This document shows, one piece after another, positions 52,775 to 64,000 of a stretch of 64,000 nt of DNA; position 1 is the first letter of the stretch, and the number at the start of each line of letters is the position of its first letter. Origin of the DNA: an uncultured cyanobacterium (GTDB taxonomy: Bacteria > Cyanobacteriota > Cyanobacteriia > Leptolyngbyales > Leptolyngbyaceae); contig CAVYAN010000072.1 of assembly GCA_963766075.1 (NCBI GenBank), positions 128,001 through 192,000 on the forward strand. Reading direction: 5' to 3'. The notes below the pieces were generated by a model, which worked only from the letters and a program-made list of their open reading frames with translations, was not told the DNA's origin and ran no database searches. The position numbers and the translations under genes are program-made.

Positions 52775-54340
52775 TTAAACTTTAACCGCGCTAGGAGCAT
52801 AGGCGATATCCTGGGCCAAAACCGTCTGCATCTCGGCAATCTCGGTTTGGATGGTGGGCAGAGTGGCCAAAACGCTGAGCAGCGCATCCACCTCTGCCCG
52901 GGCTAAGTGGCTGTTGTCTACCACCTCCAACGTCCAGCGGGGAGCCAGACATTGCACCAGTAATGTGATGATTTCCTGATATCCCTCCAGCTTGAGGTCA
53001 CCGCTGGCGAACTTCTTCGGATCAACTCCCCAGCGCAAAATTTTCAGCAGTTGTGCCGGAGGGGCAAGCAAAAAGTTGGACCGGGCCAGTTCCCGTACCG
53101 CATTGGCCAATCCCTGCTTCAGCTCGGCTTCGGATCGGGTGAGATCTGCGCAGAGCGCTTGAAGACTCGCCATTTGGGTGTCCAGGACCGCAACGTCGAA
53201 GGGCACCATGGCCCCATCAATCATGTCTTGCGAGGTGGGAATGGTGGCGTTATAGCTGGTTTCTAAAGCGTTGATTAACGTGTTGATGTCAATCTGGTCA
53301 TCCCAATTGACCTGACCCAGGAAGAACGATTCTTCATACCCCGGTTGCACGCCCTGGAAGTAAATGGGAATCGGCTGCCCCGACTGCAAAATTTTGTAGA
53401 GAGCCACTTCTAGGCTTTCGGTGGGCCAGCCCAGATTCCGCACCAGCAAGAAGCGCAGGTGATCGGGCGCAGAGAGCACAAGGGCATTTAGCATCAGGGC
53501 CACGGCTTCCCCGACGTTTTGGCCCGCCACATAGCGATCGGGCGCATGGACATTGACCAAAATGCCTTCGTTAACCTTGGCGGTGATTTGCTCATTCATC
53601 AAGCTGTTGTCCAGCATGTGGGTAAAGCGCACCATGCCATAGCGCACCTTGCCCGTCTGGACGGCTTGGGCAAAGAGCCACTCGGCCATCTTTTTCGAGG
53701 CGGCATAAATCTCAGCCGTAAAGTAGCGCGAGGCTTTGCCCGTGGAGGAAAAGATACACTGCTCGACGCCAAAGGCTTCACAAAGCTGGATCACATTTTG
53801 TGTGCCGAAGACATTGCTGGTGATGGTTTCCCGCACTTGTTTTTCGGCGAGTCCAGGTTGGCGTTGGGCGGCAGCATGGAAAACTAGACTAGGCCGCTCT
53901 GCGATAAAAATTGCTTCCAAGGCCGCAAAATCCCGAATGTCCGCGGCGTAAAGCAACACGTTGGGATGCGCCCCGCTCTGGGGCGCGGATGCCTGAGTCC
54001 CACAGCGAACATGATCAACAGAAATAATGCGGGCGGCATCCAACGCCACCAGTTTGTTGATTAGATGCGCCCCGACGCAACCTTCTCCACCGGTAACCAG
54101 GATGGTTTTGCCAGCGACCTGGGGCCGAATTTCCGTTTCGTATAGGTAGACAGGGCGCGTCCAGGCATCGTAAAAGGGATCTTCTGCCAGTCGCCCAGAG
54201 GATTGGTAGGCATGGATCAAGTCTTGGGTGAGGGCAGCAAGCTGGCGCAGGATATCAGGTTCTGTAGGCGCGGGGGAACCGGGCGGCACCAGCCGCTGCA
54301 TTTGCTCGATGATCTGGCCACTGGATAAAGATGTTTGCAT
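52775..54340 (-). CDS. CapD/FlaA1-like extended SDR (polysaccharide biosynthesis protein)
   Basis: LVTGGEGCVG, FHAAA, NVFGTQNV, SSTGKA, YAASK, VRF. Confidence 0.75.
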   Translation of the reverse strand: MQTSLSSGQIIEQMQRLVPPGSPAPTEPDILRQLAALTQDLIHAYQSSGRLAEDPFYDAWTRPVYLYETEIRPQVAGKTILVTGGEGCVGAHLINKLVALDAARIISVDHVRCGTQASAPQSGAHPNVLLYAADIRDFAALEAIFIAERPSLVFHAAAQRQPGLAEKQVRETITSNVFGTQNVIQLCEAFGVEQCIFSSTGKASRYFTAEIYAASKKMAEWLFAQAVQTGKVRYGMVRFTHMLDNSLMNEQITAKVNEGILVNVHAPDRYVAGQNVGEAVALMLNALVLSAPDHLRFLLVRNLGWPTESLEVALYKILQSGQPIPIYFQGVQPGYEESFFLGQVNWDDQIDINTLINALETSYNATIPTSQDMIDGAMVPFDVAVLDTQMASLQALCADLTRSEAELKQGLANAVRELARSNFLLAPPAQLLKILRWGVDPKKFASGDLKLEGYQEIITLLVQCLAPRWTLEVVDNSHLARAEVDALLSVLATLPTIQTEIAEMQTVLAQDIAYAPSAVKV

Positions 54341-54920
54341 TGCCAATAATGGGGTGAGTGTCCGGAAGGGTGCAGGGAAACGTAGCGTTAGGCTGTTCCA
54401 CAAATGGGCAGCTCTAGAAATGAGCAGCTCCGGGGATGGATAGCCCTAGATTATCGGTCGTTTGACTCAGTTAATCGGTGGTTAATCGATCGTTAATCAG
54501 TCGTTTTGCGGATTGACTGGTTTCGTTGCCTATGCAGGTTGAGCTCTCCATCTGAGTAATTAGCATCATACGGAGAGTAACGGGCATTTTCATGCTGTGG
54601 GGTTCCGGATCTCGTGAAATCTTTAAAAAGAGCGCGCCGGAAATGGGCTAAAAGTTCATGAGCAAAGATTCTTGGGAAAAGATTAAGAAGTATTGATTTC
54701 AATTCACGATAATTTACATTGCTATACGGGTATGAATGCCTTGGGACCCTATGGAATCTCGGTGATTGCCGAATCTAGGTCTTGATTTGACCCAAGCGCT
54801 CACCGAAATTTCGGTGTTTCTAGGTGTTTAGCAAAGCAGCATGGAAGTGCTAGCGTTTCAGGCTGGGGCTTTCTATGTGCGGTGGTTCTGTTGTTGTTGT
54901 GTCTGGTCGGTAAACTATAC

Positions 54921-55460
54921 ATGCAGCGGTTACGTGGGGAAGATTTGTGCACTCAGTATGCCCAAGGGGAGCGATCGTTTCTCAAGGTGGATTTACGGGA
55001 AGGGGAGCTGTTTGAAGCCGCTTTGCCGGGGGTTGATTTAGCGGGGAGTGATCTCAGTGGGGCGCATTTGCCCTATGCCAACTTGAGTCAGGCGAACCTC
55101 GGCTGTGTTCAACTGGTCAATGCTGAGATGGGGGATGTGCAACTTTGGCAGTCTAATCTGGCAGGGGCCAATCTACAGGGAGCCAATTTGTGTCGCGCTA
55201 ATTTGCGCTTTGCCAATTTACAGGGAGCGGACCTGAGGGGCGCGAATCTAGCCGGGGCGGATTTAACCCATGCCAATCTGACCGGCAGCTTGCTGTGTGC
55301 AGCAGATTTAAGCCGTAGCAATTTAAAGAACGCCCAGTTCCATGGGGCGAATCTGAGCGGGGCCAATTTATTCCGGGCCCTGCATGTTCAGATTGAGCAG
55401 GCACAAACCGATGGACTGACTGTGTTTCCGGATGGGCATCAGCGGGGCAACGGGGCCTAA
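54921..55460 (+). CDS. Pentapeptide repeat protein
   Basis: YAQGERSF followed by A(N/D)Lxx repeats. Confidence 0.9.
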   Translation: MQRLRGEDLCTQYAQGERSFLKVDLREGELFEAALPGVDLAGSDLSGAHLPYANLSQANLGCVQLVNAEMGDVQLWQSNLAGANLQGANLCRANLRFANLQGADLRGANLAGADLTHANLTGSLLCAADLSRSNLKNAQFHGANLSGANLFRALHVQIEQAQTDGLTVFPDGHQRGNGA

Positions 55461-56446
55461 TCCTGCGTAAAGACTTGGCCGAGGGCGGCGGGAGGAGTGC
55501 TCCGGATGGTATGGGCCGCGGCCCGGTTTAGGGCGGGGGGAAGCAGTTTTAAGAGCGTGTCTAAGCCATCGCTGGAGGTGAGCACAAGGAAGAGGATCAT
55601 CAGAATAAAGGGAGCGATGGTGAAAACTTGGGTGGGCACATTGGGGATGGTGCTTTGGGCGACGCTGGCCAGGGATTGGAGGATGCCAAAGAAGTAGCAA
55701 CTGATGGCCACCCGCAGGGGATTCCACCCGCCAAAGATGACGATCGCCAAGGCAATCCAGCCATAGCCTGCGGTATGACGATAGCTCCAGCCGGCTTTGA
55801 AGTCGAGGGCAAAGGCAGCTCCGGCCAGACCAATCAGCGCCCCGCCGACCACAGTGTAGACGTAGCGCATCAAAATCACGTTGGTGCCACGGGCAAAGGC
55901 GGCGGCGGGTTGTTCGCCGATCGCCCGCAGCATTAAGCCCGCCCGCGTGCGGTAAAAGTATAGCCACGCTAGGGCAATCAAGCCATAGCTGATGTAGACC
56001 AACAGATCACTTTGGAAGAACATTGGTCCCAGGATCGGCAGATCTCGCAGCAGCGGCAGGGAAAAACTGGGCACCGTGGGACCAGGAATCCGGACAAAGG
56101 CATTGCCCAGAAAAGCCGAGAGGTCGCCACAGAGCATGGCCAAGACAAACCCGATCGCCACTTGGGATTGTTTGAGCGTTAAGGCTCCAAAGGCAACCAC
56201 CAGCGCAACTAAGGCTCCCACGGCAGCGGCACTGCTAAACCCCAACACTAAGCTGAGGATACCCAGACTTTCAGTGGTTTTGGCGACGGCAAACCCGGTC
56301 ATGGCCGCCAGGAGAATGGTGCCTTCCGCCGATAGATTAATCACGCCAGCGCGCTCGGTAATGGTTTCGCCCAGGCAGGCGAAAATGAGGGGGGTGGAGG
56401 TGGCGATCGCCACTGAAAAGACTGGCAATAGAGAGGGAAGACTCAT
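55457..56446 (-). CDS. ABC transporter permease (nucleoside/simple sugar type), subunit 2
   Basis: GETITERAGVINLSAEG, LRAIGE.P.AA...G, GWIALAIVIFGGW.P. Confidence 0.9.
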   Translation of the reverse strand: MSLPSLLPVFSVAIATSTPLIFACLGETITERAGVINLSAEGTILLAAMTGFAVAKTTESLGILSLVLGFSSAAAVGALVALVVAFGALTLKQSQVAIGFVLAMLCGDLSAFLGNAFVRIPGPTVPSFSLPLLRDLPILGPMFFQSDLLVYISYGLIALAWLYFYRTRAGLMLRAIGEQPAAAFARGTNVILMRYVYTVVGGALIGLAGAAFALDFKAGWSYRHTAGYGWIALAIVIFGGWNPLRVAISCYFFGILQSLASVAQSTIPNVPTQVFTIAPFILMILFLVLTSSDGLDTLLKLLPPALNRAAAHTIRSTPPAALGQVFTQD

Positions 56447-57471
56447 GGGGTTTTCTGAAACAGCTTGAGGTGGGGGATACCGCGCCCAAAGATCACGGCA
56501 AGGACAATCAGTCCTTGGATGACTCCGGCGAGGGAGGATTCGAGGTCAAGGCTGAGGGGGAGTTGGAGGCTGCCAATGTTCAGGGCGCTGAAGCCAAAGG
56601 CAATGGGCAGGATGAGCCACGGTTGGGAACCGATGAGCATAGCGACGAGGAGCGCCAGAAAGCCTAGATTGCTGGAGATGCCGGGGATGAGGCGATGGTA
56701 GACGGCTAGAACTTGAAGGGCTCCGGCAAGTCCGGCAAAGCCCCCGCAAATGGCAAAGGCGCTGAGCAGTTGCCGAATGGAGGGAATACCAAGCACATAG
56801 GAGGCCCGCAGGTTTTGGCCGACGGCCCGCAGTTGGAGGCCAAAGTAGGTGCCGCGCATGATGATGATGGTCAGGATGAGGAGGGCGATCGCCAACCCTA
56901 AGGCCACTGGACTCGCCTCGGTATTACCAAAGGTGGGCAACCAGAGGTCGGGATTCAGTTGCTCCGTGCCGCTCATGGAGGCAACACCGGGACGCTTCCA
57001 AGGCCCAAAGATGAGATACAGCCCTAACCCATCAGCGGCAAAATTGAGGCCCAGTCCGGCAAAAATTTCGTTGACCCGGCCATAGACATTGAGCCATCCG
57101 GCCAGCAACCCCCACAGCACCCCGCCCAACCCCCCACAGAGAATCGCCAGGACAATCACCACAGGAGCCGGTAGGACGGACTCAAAAATCCGCAGGGGAA
57201 CCATGGCTGCAATAGCTCCAAACATGATTTGGCCTTCGATCCCCAGATTGTATAGCCCAGCCGTGAAGGTAAACAGCAATCCGCTGGTACATAACGTTAA
57301 CGGGGCTAAGGTGGCAATGACTCTGGCAAATTGATTGGTATTGCTAAAGGCTCCGCCGATCATGCGACTAAATACTTGAATCGGCGATGCGCCTACCCAG
57401 ATAATTAAGAGGACCACAAGGACTAGGGCAAAAATGAGACAGATGACCTGGGAATAGAGCGTTTTCGACAT
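56443..57471 (-). CDS. ABC transporter permease (nucleoside/simple sugar type), subunit 1
   Basis: AGLYNLGIEGQ, VNEI, FGLQLRAVGQN..AS...GI. Confidence 0.9.
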   Translation of the reverse strand: MSKTLYSQVICLIFALVLVVLLIIWVGASPIQVFSRMIGGAFSNTNQFARVIATLAPLTLCTSGLLFTFTAGLYNLGIEGQIMFGAIAAMVPLRIFESVLPAPVVIVLAILCGGLGGVLWGLLAGWLNVYGRVNEIFAGLGLNFAADGLGLYLIFGPWKRPGVASMSGTEQLNPDLWLPTFGNTEASPVALGLAIALLILTIIIMRGTYFGLQLRAVGQNLRASYVLGIPSIRQLLSAFAICGGFAGLAGALQVLAVYHRLIPGISSNLGFLALLVAMLIGSQPWLILPIAFGFSALNIGSLQLPLSLDLESSLAGVIQGLIVLAVIFGRGIPHLKLFQKTP

Positions 57472-57797
57472 GGCGTGCAACTAAACCGATGGGGGCGTAG
57501 TGAGTTTGGGGCCGGGGCTGAAGCAGGGGTCTAAAGCGGGGAACTGAGACCTGATTATACGGGGCGTGGGTGGATTTTCAGAGTAATCCGATACGAGGGG
57601 TGACTGGGTGGTCGCTGGATTGGCCGGGAATGACCTGAAGGCGAGATTTTTGTATAATCCCGAGTATAAACAGATACTTTTTCCATAGATGAAATTTGAC
57701 TCGTAGGGAGACTACGGGTCTGGGCACCTTGAGCTGGGCACTATGAAAAAGTGGGGAAAGCCGCCCATTGCGGGTTGATGTGGAGAAGGAAAAGGCT

Positions 57798-60700
57798 ATG
57801 ACTTCGATGGCGTTGACGTTGCGTGATGTTGAATCGGCGATCGCCCCCTGCCCACCCACGGTATCGGCCAATACTCCCCTAATGGCAGCCATTTCGCTGA
57901 TGGGTGGCCAGCATGACTGCATTCTAGTAGTGGCCGATCCGCTGGTGGCTATTCCCCATGCCGAACTAACGGGCGGGGGCCTGCTGGTGGGCATTGTGAC
58001 GGCCCAGGATGTCGTTCGAGGGGTGGCGGCTGGATTGCCTGGATTGGAAAACCCCGTGGCGGCGGCGATGACCCATCCCGTCATCAGTGTGCAACGATCG
58101 GCGATCGCTTCTGGCGACAGGCTCTGGCGGGCATTCCAACAGTGCGGGGTATCCCATTTGCCCATCCTGGATGACGGAGGGCAGATTCTGGGCATCGTCA
58201 CCCAGCAAAGTTTGATCAATGCCGTCCGTTTGCCAGAAGAAACGCTACCCGAAGGAGTGCTGCCGGAAGAACCCTCACCTGCGGGGGCCTTGAATCGCAA
58301 TGAGAGCACTTACCGGACTCTCTTGCAGGCCATGCCGGATTTGCTCCTACGGACCCGATGCAATGGAACTGATATTGAGGTGCTAAGTCCAGGGAATGTA
58401 AAGGAATTTTTAGTGGCAGAGGATGCTGACAATCCTGAGGGGTATAGAACCTTGCCATCGGAGGTTGTGGCCCGTAAACGGCGCTATATCCAGCAGGCCG
58501 TGGAGACTCAGCAACTACAAGTGTTTGAACAGCAGATCGATATTGCTGGAGAACTGCGCCATGAAGAAGTCCGAGTGGCGGCCTTGGAGGACGATGAAGC
58601 ACTCGTCATTATCCGCGATATTACCGATCGCAAATCCCTAGAATTCGCGCTGTGTGAGTCCGAATCCCGGCTCAGTGACATTGTCAACAGCACGGCAGCG
58701 GCGATCTCCCGAGTCCGCTTTTTCGCGAACTACACCTGGGAGTACGAGTTTTGTTCGGCTTCCTATGAGGGCGTTTTTGGCTATAGCGGCTCAGAATTTA
58801 TGGCGGATCCCGAACTGTGGCGATCGCGGCTCTTTGCCGCCGATGGGCCGGAGATTGAAGCCAGTATGGCCGACATCTTAGCGGGGCAGAGCCGCACGGT
58901 AGAATACCGCTTTCACCACAAGGATGGTCGTCTGATCTGGATTTTCGCGAGCTTTACGTCGCGACGAGATGCGGCTACCGATTGCTGGATTGTCACAGCA
59001 ATGAGCCAAGACATCAGTGACCGCAAGGCCACGGAAGCGGCGCTGCGGACGAATGAGGGCAAGAGTCGCGCCATTTTAGCAACGATCCCCGATTTAATGT
59101 TTCGGCTGAGTGCTACCGGGGAGTACCTGGAATACTTTGGAAATCGCCATGAGCTGGATATCGTGTGTAAAGGCCAGAACCCCACCGGGCGCTTGATGAC
59201 GGAGATCTTGTCCCCGGAGCTGGCGCAACGGCAGATGGCCTGTATTCAAGAGGTGTTGGCGACTCGGCAACTCATGGTCTATGAGCAGGAAGTGCAAGTT
59301 GGCGATCGCTGGCAATACGAAGAAGTCCGGGTGGCCCCCAGTGGCGAGCAGGAAGTGCTGTTTATCATTCGGGATATTGGCGAGCGCAAACGGGCCGAGA
59401 TCACTCTGCGCCAGCAGGCCGAACGCGATCGCCTGCTGGCCCGTCTGACCCAACAGATGCGCCAGTCCCTAGAACTAGATCAAATTTTGAGCACCACGGT
59501 TACAGAAGTCCGGCACCTGCTGGAGGCCGACCGAGTATTGATTTATCGCTTTAACGCCGACTGGGGCGGCGAGATGATCGTGGAATCGGTGAGGGATCCC
59601 TGGGTTACAGCGCTGGGCACTAACCTGCGCGATCCCTGTTTTGGGGATGACTTAGTGGATCAATACCGCCAAGGCCGAATTTCCCAGATTGCCGATCTAC
59701 ACCATTCCGGATTAAGCCCGTGTCATGTGGAGCTACTGGCCCAGTTCCAAGTGCAGGCCAGTTTGGCTGTGCCGATTACCTGTGATGGGAAGTTATGGGG
59801 ACTGCTATGCGTGCATCAGTGTCAGGCGACACGGGTATGGCAGCCGGAAGAAGTGGGTTTGCTGATCCAGTTGACCGGTCAGTTGGCGATCGCCCTGCAA
59901 CAGGCGGGATTGTATCAGCAGGTCCAGCGTCTGAACACGGATTTAGAGCGCCAAGTCAACGAACGTACAGCCGCCCTGCAAGTGAGTGAGGCCCGTTTCC
60001 GCAGCATCTTTGAGCAAAGTCCCCTCGGCATTGTGATCACTAATCCCGAGGGCCGGTTGCTGACCCTAAACTCCCAGGCTTGCCAAATTACGGGCTATTC
60101 GGAGGCAGAGCGCCTCGGGGGCCATTATCTAGACCATGTGCATCCGGAGGATCGTCCGGCAGCAACGGCGCTGTTTCAGCAGGTTTTGCAGGGCACCCAG
60201 TCCCAGGGCACCCTGGAAAGCCGCTATCTCACTAAAGCGGGCGCGGTGATTTGGTTAGAGGTCACGCGGGCGGTGATTCGCGATGCGCAGGGTCAGCCGA
60301 GTGCCCTGGTGGGCATGATACAGGACATCACGGAACGGAAGGGCTTGGAGCTGTCGTTGCAACGTTCTGAGGCCAAGCTCAACCATGTGCTGAATACGGT
60401 AATCGCGGCTATTTGCAATTTTCGGGTCTATCCCGATGGCACCTGGGAATACAACTATTACTCTCCGGGCTTTGAAGACCTGTTGGGCTATACGCCAGCG
60501 GACTTGACGGCCCATAAGCACCTGTGGCGATCGCGGGTAGTGGCCGCTGATCGCAAAGCGGTGATCCAGCCCCTCTACGAGAAGATTTTGCAGGGAGAAT
60601 GCACCATCCGCTACGAATATCGGGCCTATCATCGGGATGGCCGATTGCGGTGGATTGCCGCCACGCTGACGTCGGGCTGGGATGCGGCAGCAAATTGCTG

Positions 60701-63700
60701 GATGGTGACCACAGTGGATACCGATATTAGCGATCGCAAACGTCTCGAAGCCGAACGTCTGCAAGCCCAGGAGGAACTCCAGGCCCAAAAGGACTTCCTG
60801 CAACAGGTGATGGAGTCGGTGCCCAGTGGCATCTTTGTCAAAGATGCCGCGCTGCGGATTCAGATGAGCAATCAAGCGATGGCCGAACTGTATGGCCTCC
60901 CGATTCCCGATCTCCTGGGTCGTCGTAGCCTTGAAGTGGATTCCCACCTTGATGCTGGCCAGCGGGTAGCGTTTCACCAAGAAGACCTAGAGGTCATCCA
61001 GACGGGCAAAACCCTGGTTAAACAAGACCGCTTTGTGAGGCCGAATGGGCAAGTTCGCTGGTATCAAACCACCTTGAAACCATTCTTAGATGCACAGGGA
61101 CAACCCCAGGGCCTGATTGGCAATGCGGTGGAGATTACCGATCGCAAACAGGCAGAAATGGCCCTCGCCAAGAGCGAAGCCCGCTACCGGGCGATCGTCG
61201 AAGATCAAACAGAAATCATTTGCCGGTTTTTGCCCGATGGGCGACTGCGTTTTGTTAATGAGGCGTTTTGTCGCTACTTTGGCGTGGAGCGCGAGGATGC
61301 GATCGGCCAGCCCTATCAACCCCGGATTTTTGCAGCCGATCAAGCCTATGTGGCGCAACAGATCCAGTCCATGAGTTCTACCAATCCGGTGATATTGGTG
61401 GAGAATCGGGTGGTCGCGCGGGGGGAGGTCCGTTGGACCCAGTGGAACAATCGCATGCTGTTTGACCCTGAGGGGCAGTTGCTGGAATATCAGGCGGTGG
61501 GGCGCGATATTACGGCGGCGAAGGCGGCGGAGGTGGCGCTCCAGCAGTCACAACAGCAGTATCGCAACTTGGTAAACTCCATTGATGCTGTGGTGTGGGA
61601 AGGCGATCCGCTCACTTGGCAGTTCACCTTTGTCAGTCAGCAGGCCGAGCGACTGCTGGGCTATCCCCTCACGGTCTGGCAATCCCCCAACTTTTGGTAT
61701 GACTATACCCACCCCGACGATCGCGAAAGGGTGCGGGAATTTTGCAGCCGGAATATTCAGCGGCAGCAGGACCACACCCTGGAGTTTCGGATGCTAGCGG
61801 CAGATGGTGGCATCGTCTGGATCCGCAACACGACGAACGTGATTGTGGACAATGGCCAAACCCAAAAGCTCCAAGGCTTAGTCATTGATATTAGCGATCG
61901 CAAAGCCGCTGAACTGGCCCTGAAAGAAAGCGAAATCCGCTTCCGCTGCCTCACCGAAAACGTACCGGGAATGATCTATCGCGATCACTTACGTTTAGAG
62001 GGAGATGACATGATCGAGGCGTTTAGCTACGCCAGCCCACGATGCGAAGAAATTCTGGGGATCACTGTGGAGACGTTGATGCAGGGGGGAGGGACCATCT
62101 GGCATCTGATTCATCCCGAGGATGTGGTGGGATTGCGGGAGGATATGATCCAGTGTGTCCGGCATCGGTGGCCGACCTTTTGGTCGGAATACCGGATTAT
62201 CACCCCCAGTGGGCAGCAGAAATGGCTGCAAGATCGCGCCCAAGCGACCTTTTTGGACAATGGCGATGTGATTTGGGATGGGTTGATCGAAGATATTAGC
62301 GATCGCAAAGCCGTCGAACTGGCCCTCCACCAACGCATGGAACGGGAACAGATCCTGGGGGAAATTACCCGTCACATTCGCGAATCCCTCGATCTGAGCC
62401 AGATTCTAGAAACAGCGGTCACCGAGGCACGGCAAATTTTCCAGGCGGATCGGGCGCTGATCTTTCGCCTGACTCCCAGTGGAGTGGGTGTGGTGATTCA
62501 GGAGTCCGTTTTGCCCGCTTATCCCACAACGGCGGCCATGCACTTTCCTGATGAATGTTTCCCGCCAGCCTGCTATGCCCATTATTGCCAGGGGCAGCCC
62601 CGAATTGTGCCGGATGTAACTCAGGATGAATGGGCCGGCTGTCTCCAGACGTTTATGCAATCCGTCGGCGTGCAATCTAAGCTCGTGGCTCCGATCGTCC
62701 AGCGGGATGAGCACGATCAACCCGTGGTGTGGGGATTACTCATCCTCCATGCCTGTGGCGATCGCCGTCAGTGGCAGCCCGCCGAAGCCGAATTTTTGCA
62801 GCAAATTAGTAATCAAATGGCGATCGCCATCCACCAATCCGAGCTTTACCACCAACTTCAGAACACCAACTCCCATCTGGCCCGCGCCACCCGTCTCAAG
62901 GATGAGTTTTTGGCCAACATGAGCCACGAACTGCGCACCCCCCTCAATGCCATTTTGGGATTGTCCGAGGCTCTGCAAAGCCATGCCTTTGGGCCGATCA
63001 ACCCAAAACAGCAGCAGTTTCTAACCACCATTCAATCCAGTGGCCATCACCTGCTATCCCTGATTAATGACATTTTGGACCTAGCCAAGATGGAAGCAGG
63101 CAAACTCGACTTGATGATGCATCCCGTCGCCATTCAGCACTTGTGCCAGTCCAGCCTCGTCATGGTGGAGCAACAGGCCCTCCAAAAAGGGGTAAGGCTG
63201 ATCGTCAGCCTCGATCCGAGCCTAGGCCACATCGAAGTCGATGAATTGCGCATTCGCCAAGTTTTGGTCAATCTGCTGAACAACGCCGTGAAATTTACAG
63301 CCACTGGTGGCGCAGTCTCCCTGACGGTTAGTCCCCACCCCCCAGTCGGCCCTCCTGGGATCATGCCAGACAATGCTGCCTCCAGCCCCAGCCCTCACAA
63401 CCTTGCTCCCTCGATCTATGCTCCCCTGAGCTATGTTCCCCAAGACCAAACACACTACCTCTACTTTGCCATCGAGGACACAGGCATTGGCATTGCACCG
63501 GAAGATCTGGGCAAATTATTCCAAACCTTTGTCCAATTGGACAGTGGCTTAGCACGCCATTACGAGGGCACAGGGCTAGGACTGGTGCTCGTCCAACGGA
63601 TTGTGCATCTCCATGGGGGACAGGTCACCGTGGCCAGTGTGCTCGGGCAGGGAAGTCGGTTTACGGTGGCACTACCCCGGCGACAGCGGGGAATTGCCCC

Positions 63701-64000
63701 GGATATCCAGGAGCCAGAACGCCAGCAGGGGGAGGCCGCCAAGACTTGGGTTCCCGGCCCCGCTTCTCAGCCGTCGAGTCCATTAATTTTGCTCGCGGAG
63801 GATAATCCAGCCAACGCGCATATGGTGTGCAGCTACCTAGAGGGCCGGGGCTATCGGCTCCTGTTGGCCGCAGATGGGCAGGAGGCGATCGCGCTCACTC
63901 AACGCCATCAGCCAGAACTGATTCTGATGGATATTCAAATGCCTGGAATGGATGGCCTGACAGCCATTCGCCACCTGCGGCAGGATCCCCAGTCGGCAAC
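57798..64000 (+). CDS. Giant hybrid sensor kinase: CBS pair, 3 PAS, CBCR GAF, 6 PAS, CBCR GAF, HisKA, HATPase, REC; runs off the right edge
   Basis: ATG at 57798 with AAGGA RBS; the same frame holds at the REC domain near 63921; DPCF..CH and DECFP..CL GAFs; [55 protein letters not shown] count is by eye. Confidence 0.93.
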   Translation, partial: MTSMALTLRDVESAIAPCPPTVSANTPLMAAISLMGGQHDCILVVADPLVAIPHAELTGGGLLVGIVTAQDVVRGVAAGLPGLENPVAAAMTHPVISVQRSAIASGDRLWRAFQQCGVSHLPILDDGGQILGIVTQQSLINAVRLPEETLPEGVLPEEPSPAGALNRNESTYRTLLQAMPDLLLRTRCNGTDIEVLSPGNVKEFLVAEDADNPEGYRTLPSEVVARKRRYIQQAVETQQLQVFEQQIDIAGELRHEEVRVAALEDDEALVIIRDITDRKSLEFALCESESRLSDIVNSTAAAISRVRFFANYTWEYEFCSASYEGVFGYSGSEFMADPELWRSRLFAADGPEIEASMADILAGQSRTVEYRFHHKDGRLIWIFASFTSRRDAATDCWIVTAMSQDISDRKATEAALRTNEGKSRAILATIPDLMFRLSATGEYLEYFGNRHELDIVCKGQNPTGRLMTEILSPELAQRQMACIQEVLATRQLMVYEQEVQVGDRWQYEEVRVAPSGEQEVLFIIRDIGERKRAEITLRQQAERDRLLARLTQQMRQSLELDQILSTTVTEVRHLLEADRVLIYRFNADWGGEMIVESVRDPWVTALGTNLRDPCFGDDLVDQYRQGRISQIADLHHSGLSPCHVELLAQFQVQASLAVPITCDGKLWGLLCVHQCQATRVWQPEEVGLLIQLTGQLAIALQQAGLYQQVQRLNTDLERQVNERTAALQVSEARFRSIFEQSPLGIVITNPEGRLLTLNSQACQITGYSEAERLGGHYLDHVHPEDRPAATALFQQVLQGTQSQGTLESRYLTKAGAVIWLEVTRAVIRDAQGQPSALVGMIQDITERKGLELSLQRSEAKLNHVLNTVIAAICNFRVYPDGTWEYNYYSPGFEDLLGYTPADLTAHKHLWRSRVVAADRKAVIQPLYEKILQGECTIRYEYRAYHRDGRLRWIAATLTSGWDAAANCWMVTTVDTDISDRKRLEAERLQAQEELQAQKDFLQQVMESVPSGIFVKDAALRIQMSNQAMAELYGLPIPDLLGRRSLEVDSHLDAGQRVAFHQEDLEVIQTGKTLVKQDRFVRPNGQVRWYQTTLKPFLDAQGQPQGLIGNAVEITDRKQAEMALAKSEARYRAIVEDQTEIICRFLPDGRLRFVNEAFCRYFGVEREDAIGQPYQPRIFAADQAYVAQQIQSMSSTNPVILVENRVVARGEVRWTQWNNRMLFDPEGQLLEYQAVGRDITAAKAAEVALQQSQQQYRNLVNSIDAVVWEGDPLTWQFTFVSQQAERLLGYPLTVWQSPNFWYDYTHPDDRERVREFCSRNIQRQQDHTLEFRMLAADGGIVWIRNTTNVIVDNGQTQKLQGLVIDISDRKAAELALKESEIRFRCLTENVPGMIYRDHLRLEGDDMIEAFSYASPRCEEILGITVETLMQGGGTIWHLIHPEDVVGLREDMIQCVRHRWPTFWSEYRIITPSGQQKWLQDRAQATFLDNGDVIWDGLIEDISDRKAVELALHQRMEREQILGEITRHIRESLDLSQILETAVTEARQIFQADRALIFRLTPSGVGVVIQESVLPAYPTTAAMHFPDECFPPACYAHYCQGQPRIVPDVTQDEWAGCLQTFMQSVGVQSKLVAPIVQRDEHDQPVVWGLLILHACGDRRQWQPAEAEFLQQISNQMAIAIHQSELYHQLQNTNSHLARATRLKDEFLANMSHELRTPLNAILGLSEALQSHAFGPINPKQQQFLTTIQSSGHHLLSLINDILDLAKMEAGKLDLMMHPVAIQHLCQSSLVMVEQQALQKGVRLIVSLDPSLGHIEVDELRIRQVLVNLLNNAVKFTATGGAVSLTVSPHPPVGPPGIMPDNAASSPSPHNLAPSIYAPLSYVPQDQTHYLYFAIEDTGIGIAPEDLGKLFQTFVQLDSGLARHYEGTGLGLVLVQRIVHLHGGQVTVASVLGQGSRFTVALPRRQRGIAPDIQEPERQQGEAAKTWVPGPASQPSSPLILLAEDNPANAHMVCSYLEGRGYRLLLAADGQEAIALTQRHQPELILMDIQMPGMDGLTAIRHLRQDPQSA

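Noticed and set aside
57578..63786. Many short ORFs listed in the track
   Set aside because: Shadow frames of the single large kinase, which the track omits because it has no stop in the window
1..64000. Abundant GCGATCGC as a novel repeat
   Set aside because: This is the well-known cyanobacterial HIP1 octamer

Overview
A cyanobacterial chromosomal segment of mostly core genes, identified by very frequent HIP1 octamers (GCGATCGC) and cyanobacterial markers (PAM68, ycf54, ftrC, sufR, HetZ-like protein, cyanobacteriochrome GAF domains). Housekeeping genes: aroF, rpsO, sufR with ftrC-sufB-(nuclease)-sufCDS, rsmB, thyX, metF, trpS, rpsU, apt, ycf54, pdxJ, rfbF. Signalling and surface genes: FecR plus CHASE2-GGDEF, an ATPase-less PilB-like protein, a HetZ-related protein, a ~2270-aa cadherin/FG-GAP adhesin, a Ser/Thr kinase-WD40 protein, a PEP-CTERM protein, and a >2060-aa CBS-PAS-2xCBCR hybrid kinase running off the right edge. 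I saw no rRNA, tRNA, CRISPR array, prophage or intact transposase. Best candidates for something new: (1) a TetR fused to a catalytically dead tyrosine-recombinase fold, divergent from a delta-9 desaturase, with two palindromic operators between them; (2) a family of nested, MITE/REP-like dispersed elements, several abutting stop codons; (3) a recurring CCGTA-N4-TACGG-like motif upstream of surface genes; (4) a PD-(D/E)xK nuclease gene inserted inside the suf operon. Five genes have frameshifts that are most likely assembly indels. All family assignments are by eye, without database searches.
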